From NCBI GenBank assembly GCA_964016885.1, contig OZ024740.1:119846001-119910000 (forward strand): 64,000 nt of DNA, read 5' to 3'. The position numbers and the translations under genes are program-made. Under the pieces are notes generated by a model. That model saw only the letters and a program-made list of their open reading frames with translations, was not told the origin of the DNA and searched no databases. Source of the DNA: Eledone cirrhosa. Its lineage: Eukaryota. Shown here piece by piece: positions 40,240-51,987 of the stretch (its first letter is position 1; the number at the start of each line of letters is the position of its first letter).

Positions 40240-40657
40240 TGAGGGAGTTGTGCTACTGACTGCAAGATTCCTATCTTCATTGGCGACTTCTTGCCTAACA
40301 GAGGTGAAGTTCGTGAGAGTGCAGCAGTCTCGCCATGACCTGAGGTAATGCTGCAAGCATGCTGGCTTGCCTCAAAAATCATTAGAGAGGTTTCCCAGTG
40401 TTCCCGCGATACTGTTATCTTTTACTCTGTTAGCGGCTCGGTTGTCCACCCCCTTTCATTTGCCTTTTGTTGTATGTGGTCCCAGATGTGTGTGTTAATA
40501 GATTCTGTGTTTTTTTTTTCTTTTCTCTTTCCTTTTTGTTTTGTTTTCCCTTTTCTTTATATTATATTTGTTTGTGCTTTCATTCTGTAAGCATTATATT
40601 ATTATATTCCATTTTATACAACTGTGAATAAAGTTACTAAATAAACTAAAAAAAAAT
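40240..40657 (+). pseudogene. CRE-clade LINE 3' fragment with poly(A)
   Basis: LLTARFLSSL..SLAMT*GNAASMLACL, then a UTR similar to 17470-17545, AATAAA and an A-run. Confidence 0.68.
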
Positions 40658-41678
40658 TTACCTTCAACTATGTACTTGCATTGTTTTACCTGAGTATAGT
40701 TATATTTATCCACCCTACGTAATTTGTTACCTCTACCCCTTATTAATGCATATAATCTATCACACAATTGATAGAAGTAACAATATGTAACATTTTATCT
40801 ATGTATCACCATATCATTATCTTTAGTATTATTAATATTATGAATTACTCCATTGACTGACTTCCTGACGGCCTTCTGAGAAACACACGATGACTAAATT
40901 CATTTCTATAATTTGACTGCTTGGAACCAATTAATTAATTAGTTTCCTCCTCTCTTCATTATTTTAAAATACTCATTTTTTTTTAACTTTGCGAAGATGA
41001 GGGTGCTGTTATGTCAGTCTTGAGGGTATGTCACATCACATTTTCTTTTCCTTCACAATACAAATACACACATATGCGTGAACTAGGTTACTTACCCTTT
41101 ACTCAATTAATTATTTACTTTTAGCAAATCATTGACATTGGAATTATAATTACCCACCTGTTGTAATCTTATACTGTCATCACTTTAATATTTATATTTC
41201 TTCTTAATTTAACTTCTCTTAATTTATTTTTCGTAATTCATTTTTCTTAATCTATTTAACGTAACACTCAACACTAATTTATATAACTTTTTTCATAATT
41301 TTATACAATTTCTATAATCTTGTACACTTTTATAGCACTTATATCCTTTTAATTTTTCACAGTTACATTACGTTGGTTTTTGGCCAAAGTCTGCTGACAC
41401 ATAGATACGTACTACCTCTAAACTTCTGTAGTAGCAGACTGTTAGGTTCTGTGGTATTATCTGAGGACAGTAGAATTTCTATTGCCACCAAACAACCTCC
41501 AGACCCCTTGGTCATGTCTACCAAGCCACAATGCTTAGAATTGTTGAATGTGTACCATTAGGAGATGGTTCCCCATAGAAATAAAACCGAATTGATAGGC
41601 CATCTCCGAATCAAATCTATTCTCTATTGTCTGTTTGTGTTTGCCGAAATCCGGTTAACTATTAACTAATTTGGCAAT

Positions 41679-41754
41679 CCACACCTGAAGAAATCGACAA
41701 AGTCTTATATCATGATTGGATGATGCAACTAAGGCATTGAAATACGTAGAGTGT
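41679..41754 (+). ncRNA. Degenerate hammerhead ribozyme core, probably in a Penelope-like pLTR
   Basis: CTGAAGA (41685), AAT/ATT-closed stem II, GAAA-TACG-TA, imperfect stem I (CACAC/GAGTG), followed by an AT-rich tail. Confidence 0.4.
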
Positions 41755-41871
41755 TTTTCCAAAATTACAACTTTAAAAGAATATTTCCAGTCCAGCCTTC
41801 TGTTGTTTTTGAATTTATATGTTTATATAAACATTGTTATCGAAAGGAGGATGCATTCAAATTAACATAAA

Positions 41872-42246
41872 ATGAGGAAACTCATCGCTAGAACAGCTAT
41901 TAAAACAGCCAATTGCTGTCAATGACAGCATTGGGAAAAAATGCCTGAGAGGGCAGAGACCAGCAGTCAGTGGTCGGCAGAGACAAGCCATGAGGTGAGT
42001 GACAGGCAGATGAAATATAGAAAAGATTAAATGAACAGGAGGACAAGAAGTGTATAGGCATATAGAAGTGACTGGAAGGTGATGCACAAGATGAGTTTAC
42101 ACACACAGATCATCTGTCTGTCACCCACCTCATGGATTATCTCTCTGCAAACCACTGGCCACTGTCTTCTGTGGCATTTTTGCTGATCGCTGACATTGAC
42201 AGAATTTTGCTGTTTTAACGGCTGTTCTAGCGATGAGTTTTCTCAT
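41872..42246. repeat. Diverged ~140-bp inverted repeat
   Basis: 41872-42013 aligns with the reverse complement of 42110-42246. Confidence 0.75.
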
Positions 42247-42699
42247 ATATATATATATAACTTCAGTTCCCGTATGAGATAGACATGGTCAGCTGACCGG
42301 ACACTGCCCACAACAGGACAACCCGTCTAACCCATGCTAGCATGGAAGAATGGACGTAAAACAGTGATGATGATGATGATAACTATGGCAATTAGCAAAT
42401 GTTTTCTTTATAGTTTGGAACAGCTGTATAGGTATAATTAGTATTGTAAGTAATGCCTGTTCAGATTATTTTCTGTCTTGTCATATGTATTACAAAAATT
42501 AATTATTAATTTTTTCCCGTAATATTACCTTATGATAATAACATTTTACACTTAAGAATTGTATATTTACAAATATATTGTATATACAATTAAAACAGAA
42601 TATGTTTTTAAAAAATTGAAAGAGGAATCAATCACAAAGCCTCCATGTGCTGAGGGAGATGATGGTCCATATCTGATATTTTCAAGATGTAAAAGCAGC

Positions 42700-43090
42700 T
42701 CTATTTCGGCGAGTCTTTGAATAGTTGTTGCAAATGGAGTTCCAATGAGAGTGGGTTTATCTGCTTGAGTGGCTGGTGGTATAATAATAAGGACAATTAT
42801 TGTTTACAGTGCACATGTGCACAACTCATCAAAGGGGCATGTATAGTACAAAGAATAATGTACAAATATGAGGAAAGTGAACAGTGTATGAGTCATAATA
42901 TACAGATATGTGTGTATGGAGGGGAAATATCAGGTGCAGTATTGGCGAATTTCGGGAAGTTTTGAAGGATGCAGTGTCTCGACAGCTAACAACTGATGCA
43001 GATAGTTTGTTCCAAGCTTCAGCAACTCTGAGCATGTGAATTGTTTCCAAAAGTCAAGAGAACTCTACTGTTTTCTGATTTTGTAAGCAT
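42700..43090 (-). pseudogene. CR1/L2-group LINE 3' end
   Basis: RVAEAWNKLSASVVSCRDTASFKT matches the CR1 C-terminal RVxxxWNxLPxxVV..FK motif. Confidence 0.65.
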
Positions 43091-43629
43091 ATCTGGGGGA
43101 AGGTATTTCTAAGAAGCAAATGTGTGCCTATCAGTATATATAGATGGGTTTGTTTATATCTGTGCCTATGTATGTTTCTATGTGCTTACAATTATACGAA
43201 TATAATATAAATTATGCATCAGAATAGTTTGTAAACTTATAGTTCTCTCCCCTACACCTTTCATTTTGTTATACATCAGCAAATCCCTATATACGTGTTT
43301 AGAAAGAAAACAAAAATGCTTACACATTTGTTTATGGTTTCAAACGAAGGCTTGTAATATAAAAGTTCATTGTAGATGTTGTAATGTATGCAATGTAAAT
43401 TATACCAGACTAGTTTTGGTTAGTATTTGAAATACATAGCAATGTGTTATGGGTTCCCTTCATAGAGGAAATACTAAAGGAACTGATCATGAGATAAATA
43501 GCCATAAATATGTTAAATATGTGAAGGCAATCTTTGTATTTTTGTGTAGAAAAAAAATGAAATAAATTTCATTTTTTAATGTTTTCGTAATGCTGATTAA
43601 AAGCTGTAATTATACCAACATTAAATTTA

Positions 43630-44255
43630 CCATCCTATGGGGAAACGTCTTCTCCATTCTGACAGCCGGGGCCGTGGGGCGGCCAGCATGTGGGACCTCA
43701 TTTGCTCATAATAGAGAGAGTGGGAGTTTGGCTCTCCTGTGTTCGGACCTAATGTGTAGCGTCAGTTGTCTGTAAGGAAGTAGTGATTCATAATTTCTTA
43801 TAACTAGCCGACTTCATAATGTATATTGTAGGATTATAATGACAATTTGTCCATCTGGTTTCGGTTTTCAGATGTCTATCTAACAAGTATTTTTTCCCAC
43901 CTGTGGCATTCAGGACGTTTAATAGAGTTGGGCGACTGACAGCAAACTTCTTGTCATCGCTGATGGCACACCTCAGTGCCTTAGCCTCACCGCCATCCAT
44001 GGTAACGCTGAAAGCGTATTGGCTTGCCTCAATATATTCTGTTGCCTCGTGTGATGTGCAGTTGATTGTCGCACTTGGTGGTAAATTGATAACCGCATTT
44101 TTTCTTTCTCTCAATCTGGTTGTATATTTTGGTGCATTGTATTTGTAAGATTCCTAGCAATAGTTAATTGAATTTGTTATATTTGTTTATATTTTCATTC
44201 TAAAATAATTGCGCCCAATTTGTAATGTTATTTTTGTAAATTTAAATAAAAAGAT
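43630..44255 (+). pseudogene. Decayed CRE-clade LINE 3' end (REL domain and 3' UTR)
   Basis: Frameshifted GKR..RGR..WDLIC, KYFFPPVAFRTF, GRLTANFLSSL, QCLSLTAIHGNAESVLACL (cf. CRE QRLSxAxQRGNA), followed by an AT-rich UTR with AATAAA. Confidence 0.7.
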
Positions 44256-44288
44256 ATAAACTACAAATTATATATATATATATGTGTG

Positions 44289-44320
<32 letters not shown>

Positions 44321-44412
44321 AATAATAAAAATGTGAAGACTAAAATCCGAGGAGGGCTCGATAAGATAATATATATATAATGATTTATATAAAACTATAG
44401 AGTAAATATTTA

Positions 44413-44495
44413 TTAAAATAACAGATTAAAGTTTAAGCAAAGAATCGCTGCTTTCACCCTTAACGGTGATTCTTTGCTTAAACTTTAATCTGTTA

Positions 44496-44502
<7 letters not shown>
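44413..44502. repeat. Perfect hairpin of ~35-bp arms made from a dispersed repeat
   Basis: ATTAAAATAACAGATTAAAGTTTAAGCAAAGAATC..GATTCTTTGCTTAAACTTTAATCTGTTATTTTAAT. The same sequence occurs at 30103-30219 and 18076-18170. Confidence 0.85.
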
Positions 44503-44538
<36 letters not shown>

Positions 44539-44828
44539 GTGTTATATATATATATATATATATATAGATGTTAATATATGTCTGATGATACATGTTTAAG
44601 GTAATTCACCAATCTTGAAACAATGACAAGATTTTAATAATTGTACAAAATTATGTTTTCATTCATATATGTACTTTAACACTGTTTATAGTGATTTATT
44701 ATTATGTGGGTAGTGTTAAGCTATCTTAATGCAAGTTTTAATGTAGATATTGGGTATGATATTTATTGGAGCGTAGATGATATTACATACTTATCAAATT
44801 CGTTCAATTTGTGGTTTAAATGTTATAG

Positions 44829-44856
<28 letters not shown>

Positions 44857-44859
<3 letters not shown>

Positions 44860-45810
44860 TTGGTGCTACTGGTAACATGTATCCCAGTACAACCTGTCTC
44901 GGCATTGGTAAAATATAACGTCCGGGAAAGTGAAACTAATTTTTATGACAAGTGAATGTGTTTGTGTTTTTTTTTTTACACTGAAAATTACGATACAGTT
45001 TGTTTATTTACAACAGGTCTCTATAGTGATATGGTGTTAATTAGTATTGCGTGTGTGATTATTTTCTCTTATATATATATGTGTGTATATATATGTGTGT
45101 CTGTATGTATATATATATGTGTGTTTGTGTCATCATCATCGTTTAGATGTTTTTACCCAAATCCCTTATCATTCTCTGTCCTTTTTATGACCCCGCCTTA
45201 ATCTGTTTATAGTTGGTGCCAAGTTTGGCAAGATATTACAAAAACATCTAAACGATGATGATGACACAAACACATATATATTTACAATCACACATATATA
45301 TATATACATACAGACACACATATATATACACACATATACACACCCACACATATATATATTAGAGAAAATAATCACACACGCAATACTAATTAACACCATA
45401 TCACTATAGAGACCTGTTGTAAATAAACAAACTGTATCGTAATTTTCAGTGTCACAAACAAAAAAAACAAACACATTCACTTGTCATAAAAATTAGTTTC
45501 ACTTTCCCGGACGTTATATTTTACCAATGCCACCTGTCTCATGGTCGGGTCGTTGGCGACTAAACTGGCAACCCCACCATGGTTTCTTGGTGAGGAGGGT
45601 GACTTTGGACATCCTGCAGGACTAAAAACAAAACCTGTCAAAGGCCAAAGGATCTCTTAAGAGTCAATGGCCATCCAAAATCACCGGGAGAGATGACCCC
45701 TTAGCCTTTGTCAAGGCAGAATTCTAGGAGAAGGAAAACTCTGATATAACACCTGCAACCTTGATGGTATCCAATGATGTTGACTTGTTCTTCTTTTTGG
45801 TAAATATCAT
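44857..45810 (+). mobile_element. RTE-type 5' UTR-like element interrupted by the MITE
   Basis: Sequence is continuous across the TSD and contains GGAGAAGGAAAACTCTGA, which I recall from RTE 5' UTRs. Confidence 0.45.
44901..45531. mobile_element. Mutator-like (MULE) fold-back MITE
   Basis: Near-identical inverted arms of ~250-290 bp (44901-45154 / 45240-45531) beginning GGCATTGGTAAAATATAACG. Perfect 9-bp TSD ACCTGTCTC at 44892-44900 and 45532-45540. Confidence 0.9.
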
Positions 45811-46099
45811 CTTTAGTTAAAAGAGTGGGACTGGCTTTCTGCAGTGCCTTTGTTCACTATAAAAAGATTCACAGCACAGGCATTGCTTTATATCTGGAGA
45901 TCTCTCTGCACTTGTCATCACATGGTACCATGGGCCCAGCACTAGGTGTCAGTAATTGTCACAAGTGTAGTGTTTGTACCAGAGTTTTCAAGTCGCTGGC
46001 TGGACTAAAAAGTCACTCATTCAGCGCATCGGTAAGGGTTCTACATGAATATAAAGTAGTGGCCGTATTCGAAAACGAGTTGGCAGCTACCATATATAT

Positions 46100-46488
46100 C
46101 ATCATCATCATCATCGTTTAACGTCCATATTCCACGCTTGCATGGGTTTGGACGAGAGTTTTCCCACTTGAGGCAAGAGTGGTTGTCTTGCTCGCATAGG
46201 ACTGTCTGGCAGGTTTTCTACGGCTGGATGCCCTTTCTAACACCAACCACATTTACAGTGTGGAACTGGGAGGTTTTTACCGTGTTACCTACACGGCCAC
46301 ATTACAGCGTGGACTCTGTGTTTTTTTGTCGTGACACCTACACGACCTCATTTGTTTCGGGCTGGATGTTGTGGTACCAACATAACTTTACATTGAAAGG
46401 CGTGGTGTGGATGGGGTGGGGGTAGTGGGACGGGGGTGTATTTTGTTAGAGGTGCCTACTGACTGTAGTAGGTTTCACTTTGTACTTA
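46100..46488 (-). mobile_element. 3' UTR-only copy of the same RTE family
   Basis: Near-colinear match to 60012-60404, flanked by (CAT)n and (TA)n. Confidence 0.88.
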
Positions 46489-46541
46489 TATATATATATA
46501 TTGTGCGTGTGTGTGTGTATATATATATGTGTGTGTGTATA

Positions 46542-46608
<67 letters not shown>

Positions 46609-46774
46609 ATATATGTGTGTGTATGTATGTGTGTATATATAGATTTAATGTCTGTGTATGGGCGTGTGTATATTTGTGCGTGTATATGTATTTTTTATAT
46701 AATGGTTTTGTCTGTATATATATAATAGCCTCAGAAACGGCTTGAGCTCTGCCGTGGGGTCAGACTTTTTCCTA

Positions 46775-46837
<63 letters not shown>

Positions 46838-47840
46838 GTATATGTATGTGTGTGTGTATTTCTGTGGTTGTGTTTGTGTGTGTATGTATATATATGTATA
46901 TATATATATATATGTATGTGTGTATGTATGTATATGCATAATTACATACAGTGATTTAATGCTTATTTTCATTGATCTTTTGCTCCTGGAATTTGTTGAG
47001 TGCTCTAACTCTGCTATAAACATTTATACCCTTTTCTAAATATATTTTTTTATTTATTATTTGTCGTATTCCCAACTTTTTATCTTCATTTTTATTTTTA
47101 TTTTTATTTTTATTTTTATATATACAATATTTAGGTTTTTTTATATATATAATATTTATGTTCTTTCTTATATATATATATATATAATTATGTGTGTGTG
47201 TGTGTATGTATGTATGCATACGTATGTGTATGTATATGTGTGTGTAGGTATATATATGTATATGTGTGTGTAGGTATATATATGTATATATATATATGTA
47301 TATGTATATATATGTATATATGTGTATATATGTATATATATATATATTTTAGAGTTAAACAAGGTTCATATGAATTATCTAAGAATGAGTTTTACACATA
47401 TATATGTGTGTGTTTGTATTTGTATGTATGTGTATGTATGCATATGTATGTATGTATATATATATGTGTGTGTATATATCTGTATGTGTGTGTATATATG
47501 TATATGTGTGTGTATGTTTATGTGTATGCGTATGTATGTGTTTATGTATTTGTATATGTATATGTAAGAGTGTGTGTATGTATTTATTTTTACGTATGTA
47601 TGTGTACGTGCATTTGTGTGTATTGCTTACCACGTGTGTTTGTTCATTTATTTGTTGCCTGTATCGCTGTCAACACTATAATAATCTTTATATATATCTT
47701 TTTATTTTTTTATTATTATATATTTTTTCTTATATTTATTTGTGTGTGTGAGTATTTAGATGTGTGTATATATTTCTATATTTGTGCGTGCGTATGTATG
47801 TGTGTATATATGTGTATATATATATATGTATATATACACA
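46489..47840. repeat. Large compound (TA)n/(TG)n low-complexity block
   Basis: Direct inspection. Confidence 0.93.
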
Positions 47841-49089
47841 GGTAGAGTGTACGTTATAAGAAAAAAACGAAGTTTCATTTACAGGCATTTATGGTCAATA
47901 CACAATAAAAACATAAGTACTTCATTATTTTCTTAATATATATATTCATTTATAAGAATGTATAGGGTGTTCAATTACAGGAAATAACGGCAATTACAGG
48001 CAGTTATTTTCTGTGCTTGAGCACCATACATACACTTATAAATTTATCTCCTTACTGCCTTGTAATTTCGAAAATTCGAGCCCACACACACGACGTTTTT
48101 TTATATATATATACATACTTTCATTTATATTTAGTTGTTCACCACTGGATAGAACTGGTCATTCCGTTTAGTTAACCATGGTGTATTAGTAGGGTAAGCA
48201 CTTGTAGTGACCTACATTCCGCGGGCTCACATGCATTCTCCGTGCGTTATTTGGCTCAGCCCAGCCAATGACTGCCAGCGGAGGAGAATGTATCTCTACG
48301 CGCCCTGAGGGAAACATTCCCGCGTTGATTTGAGAAATCTGTCTCTTGCATCCTGACCTCGAAAAGGTAAACAACTAACTTTCTTTCGTCGTGAAATCAC
48401 TAGCCAACATGTAACACAACAACTTAACCACGGCCTGGCAAGACTTCAGCCAGTGGACCGTGCCTTCTGAAATCCTTAATTCGTTTGTTTTATTACTCTT
48501 GGCATGCCTGCTCTACTCAGCTCTACATAGCTCAACCTTGTTAATAAATAATGTAAAACAAAAAAAAGACGTTGTCGATGTTCTTACCACATCTTACTAC
48601 CAAACTAATTACTCGTGGCGCAACTAGAGTCTTGTGATGCTTTTACCACAGCAATGCCTTTAAATGTGATATGGAAGGATTCCTTCCAGAGGTATTATCA
48701 CAGCAGCAACAGAACCTGAGACTTACAGCCTAACCTCAATTCTTAAAACCATCCTGTTAAAACTGGTGACCTTCGACGCGAGAGTATTTAGGCATGAAAT
48801 GCTCCTTCCTTTACAATATATATATATACATCAACCCAGCATTCTGTTAAACACTCTATGTTACACAACGCATCCATCATTAATGTTGAATAATATGGTT
48901 GGTGCAGGAATGTTTGTTAAATATTAGTTTTATTAAAATAACAGGTGACCGGGCGATGTCGGCAGGACCTTGCGTAACCAGGCCATTGAAATATATACAA
49001 TGTTTTTGCAGCAATAAAACTTTAAAGGAACATCACCAGTCTGGCCTCCTGTTATTTTAATCAAACTATTTATAGGGTAAAGACTCAGT

Positions 49090-49338
49090 TCAATCACAAA
49101 GTTGTTTGTGGCAGACCAGCAGTCATCCATACATACCAGCCCCCCCCCCTCTCTCTCAACGCCACTGATGATGTCCAAGGGAAAGGCAATGGCCGATACA
49201 GCTTGACTCCAGTGACGTTGCAAATCATTTCTACAGTTGAGTAATCTGGAGCAATGTATAATAAAGTATCTTGCTCAAAAACGCAATGCATCACTCAGAT
49301 TGCAAGCCCACTGCTCTAACTACTAAGCCACGTGCCTT
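49090..49338 (-). mobile_element. SINE family B variant
   Basis: Minus strand GGCACGTGGCTTAGTAG..TTTGAGCAAGATACTTT..ACTGTAGAAATGA with a different tail. Confidence 0.65.
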
Positions 49339-49549
49339 CAAACTATTTATATATACATATATATTATTCAGTCATATATACATACAGACGAAGAAGTTTA
49401 AATTTTATTCTATCATGGGTTATTGGTAAATGGCATTATTAAAATCATATAAAAGGTTTATAATATCTATGGTGACAAAAGATAAAAATCAATAAAAAAA
49501 AAAGAGTCCAAAAAAGGAAAGAAAATAGACATGCCCAACTCAGTTACAC

Positions 49550-50270
49550 AAATGATTTGTTGTGAACAGAAAGAGGAAATTTCCTTTGCTTCTGTTCGGT
49601 GCTTTCATCATTTTTACATCAGTCTCCATCCACAAGTTTTATTTTTTTAAATGTCCTTTGTGTGTTCAAACATCCTGAGATTGGATCTTCCAAGTTCTCT
49701 CCAAGTCTTCCTTAGCCTTTACCTACTTCATGTTTCTTTCACTTCAAAATTCTAGCACATCTTCACCCAACAATTATCATCTGTATGCATTACTTGTCCA
49801 TACCAGTGCAATATTTTTCTTGCACACTATATCTGACTTGTTTTATATATTTTTCTCTCAATTAATTTGGGCTTTGTTACTTACACACAATAACATTTCT
49901 TATTCAATGGAGCATGCTTGATACATTTCTTTCCAACCCTTGCATATTCTCTAATTTCAATGCCTACATCTCATTACCATTCACAATTGCACTACATGCT
50001 CAGGTATTATAAACTCAACTCTTTGCTTGGAGAGAGAACCCTTCCATTGTTACCTGGTGTAAACGTTTTCCATCTGGTTTTTATTGTAGCTAATATGCTT
50101 TTAGAGCACCTTCCTCCATTGTTAATTAAGTCTTTTAAAACAAAACTATCAATTAATTCTATGGAGCCTTCCAGGATGGGAAATAATGTATTTTATTAGT
50201 GCCTTTTACTGCTAAATATCACTGAGCATCTGCTATACAAAAGCTCTTTTTCTGTTATCCTGCCTGTAAT
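49550..50270 (-). pseudogene. Highly decayed RTE 3' fragment
   Basis: Residual similarity to the RTE C-terminus (RWKTF, GRPRKTW-like segments). Confidence 0.5.
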
Positions 50271-50299
50271 ATACTGTGTATTCAATGTAAGCTATGGGA

Positions 50300-51712
50300 G
50301 CACAAGTCAGGAGTAAAGCAACTACCCATTAGAATGTTGGCAGTGACACTGACATCAGAACTAGGAGTTATGCCAATTCTCCAGGGTTTAGAGTAGTATA
50401 CAACATGAACACAGGTGATTTACAAACCTACAATGTCTTGGTTTTCTGGCTTTGAATGGAAGAATGGTAACTGACATGTTCCACCAGGCTGGGAGAAAAT
50501 CTGATCTCATCAATCACAGGAAAAAACAATAAGAAGTCCTGGGAAAGTATTTAGTTTCAGCTGGAAGGACACATAATTTATCAAGGTGACCTGGAGCATT
50601 GGTTGAGAGCAGTGGTCAAGTCTAGACTCCTGGGAAGATGCAAGGTTTGGGTCTAGAAGTATGGGATCCTCTCATGAGTTCTCTGGCTTCTTGTCATCTA
50701 CTATGTTATCATGAGCCTCACAGCCACATAACACCCTCGATGCCCCCACACCTATTTCCAGAGAAACTTGCCTACATGCAAATTGTAAATGATATATAAT
50801 AAATAAAATCGTTAATTTATATATAATAAATAATATAATATATATTATGTATATATAAATATCATATTTTTTATATTACTATATTCATATATAATATGTA
50901 TCATTCGATATTTAATATACTATCATATCATCCCACCAACCCCCATAGGCTTCAGTGTCCACCAGTACAGTCTCAATGCCCTCTGGGTGGTAGTAACGCC
51001 CATTCTGAGAACCTCTCGCCTAGCTGAATGATTTGTGGCACAAGGTGAATAGCCATCTTTGCAGCTGACTGAGCTCTCCATGCAACTTGAACAGCATAAA
51101 TTATATAGAAATAACATCAAATTCAGGCATATGTTCAACTATCTCAAAGAAGAATTCATTGTTTCATGGATACATGAACATCTGCAGAACTTTAGATGAA
51201 AGCACTGTAAAGTAGCCAGTCAGGAACTGTTGTAAGAACTAGAAGGAAGTGGAGAGCAGTTAAGGCAATCCAGCAAACTGATGCATAATACAAACATTAG
51301 GATGCCTATTTTGTTCTAAAATAGGGACCTACAAACATATTTTGATCACCTGTTCCATGGCAATGGGACAGAAGTACTATCACTTGCAACATGATAATGT
51401 CCTCAAGGCCATCACTGAGGTAATCAGCAAAGCAAAGTTATCATGGACAGCAGACACTTGCTACAGTCAGGATGGTCGTGTTAGTTAATGAAGGAGAACA
51501 GCTGATAAACAAATCCAAGATCTGCACAGCTGGATTGCTTTCCACAACACGAGTTAGCTGGAGAAGAGCCATCAAAAGAGAAGGCTTATAGGTGGGTGAG
51601 TAAAATGCTACATGGATACAGGCTGCAGCTAGATTGACCATGGCCAGGTCACCAGGATGATTGTGTATGTTGTAAGACCTGAGATACACAGTAACCCCAG
51701 TGATATGTCCAA
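50300..51712 (+). pseudogene. Decayed HERO/NeSL-type REL non-LTR retrotransposon
   Basis: Degenerate KS.L.GRCKVWV..YGIL..VLWLL, RTRRKWRA, CSKIGTYKHILITC..QKYYHLQHDNVLKAITEVI (CCHC plus RHD motif), and a HERO-like 3' UTR. Confidence 0.65.
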
Positions 51713-51816
51713 GTATTTTCTTTCATAAATATCTGAAGAACTTGAACTGACCCTTTCCCTCAAAATTTCTGATGTGGCTATGTTAGAAACAATTATTAAC
51801 ATTATTAATATATTTT

Positions 51817-51987
51817 GAGGGTGGTGGGTCGAACGCCATGCTTTGGCGCATAGTTACTACCCTTGCCATTCTGAGTTCAAATCTCACCGAGCTTAATTTT
51901 GTCTTTCATCCTTACGGGGTCGATAAAATAAAGTACCAGTAATCCACTGGGTAATTGCTGGCCTTGTGCCAAAAGTAGAAACAATTA
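51817..51987 (+). mobile_element. SINE family A
   Basis: B-box GAGTTCAAATC, core and tail. Confidence 0.82.

Noticed and set aside
43788-44114. 108-aa minus ORF as a novel gene
   Set aside because: It is antisense to a recognisable CRE-type REL remnant.
46407-47845. Cys/Val/Tyr/Ile-rich ORFs up to 217 aa
   Set aside because: (TA)n/(TG)n low-complexity artefacts.
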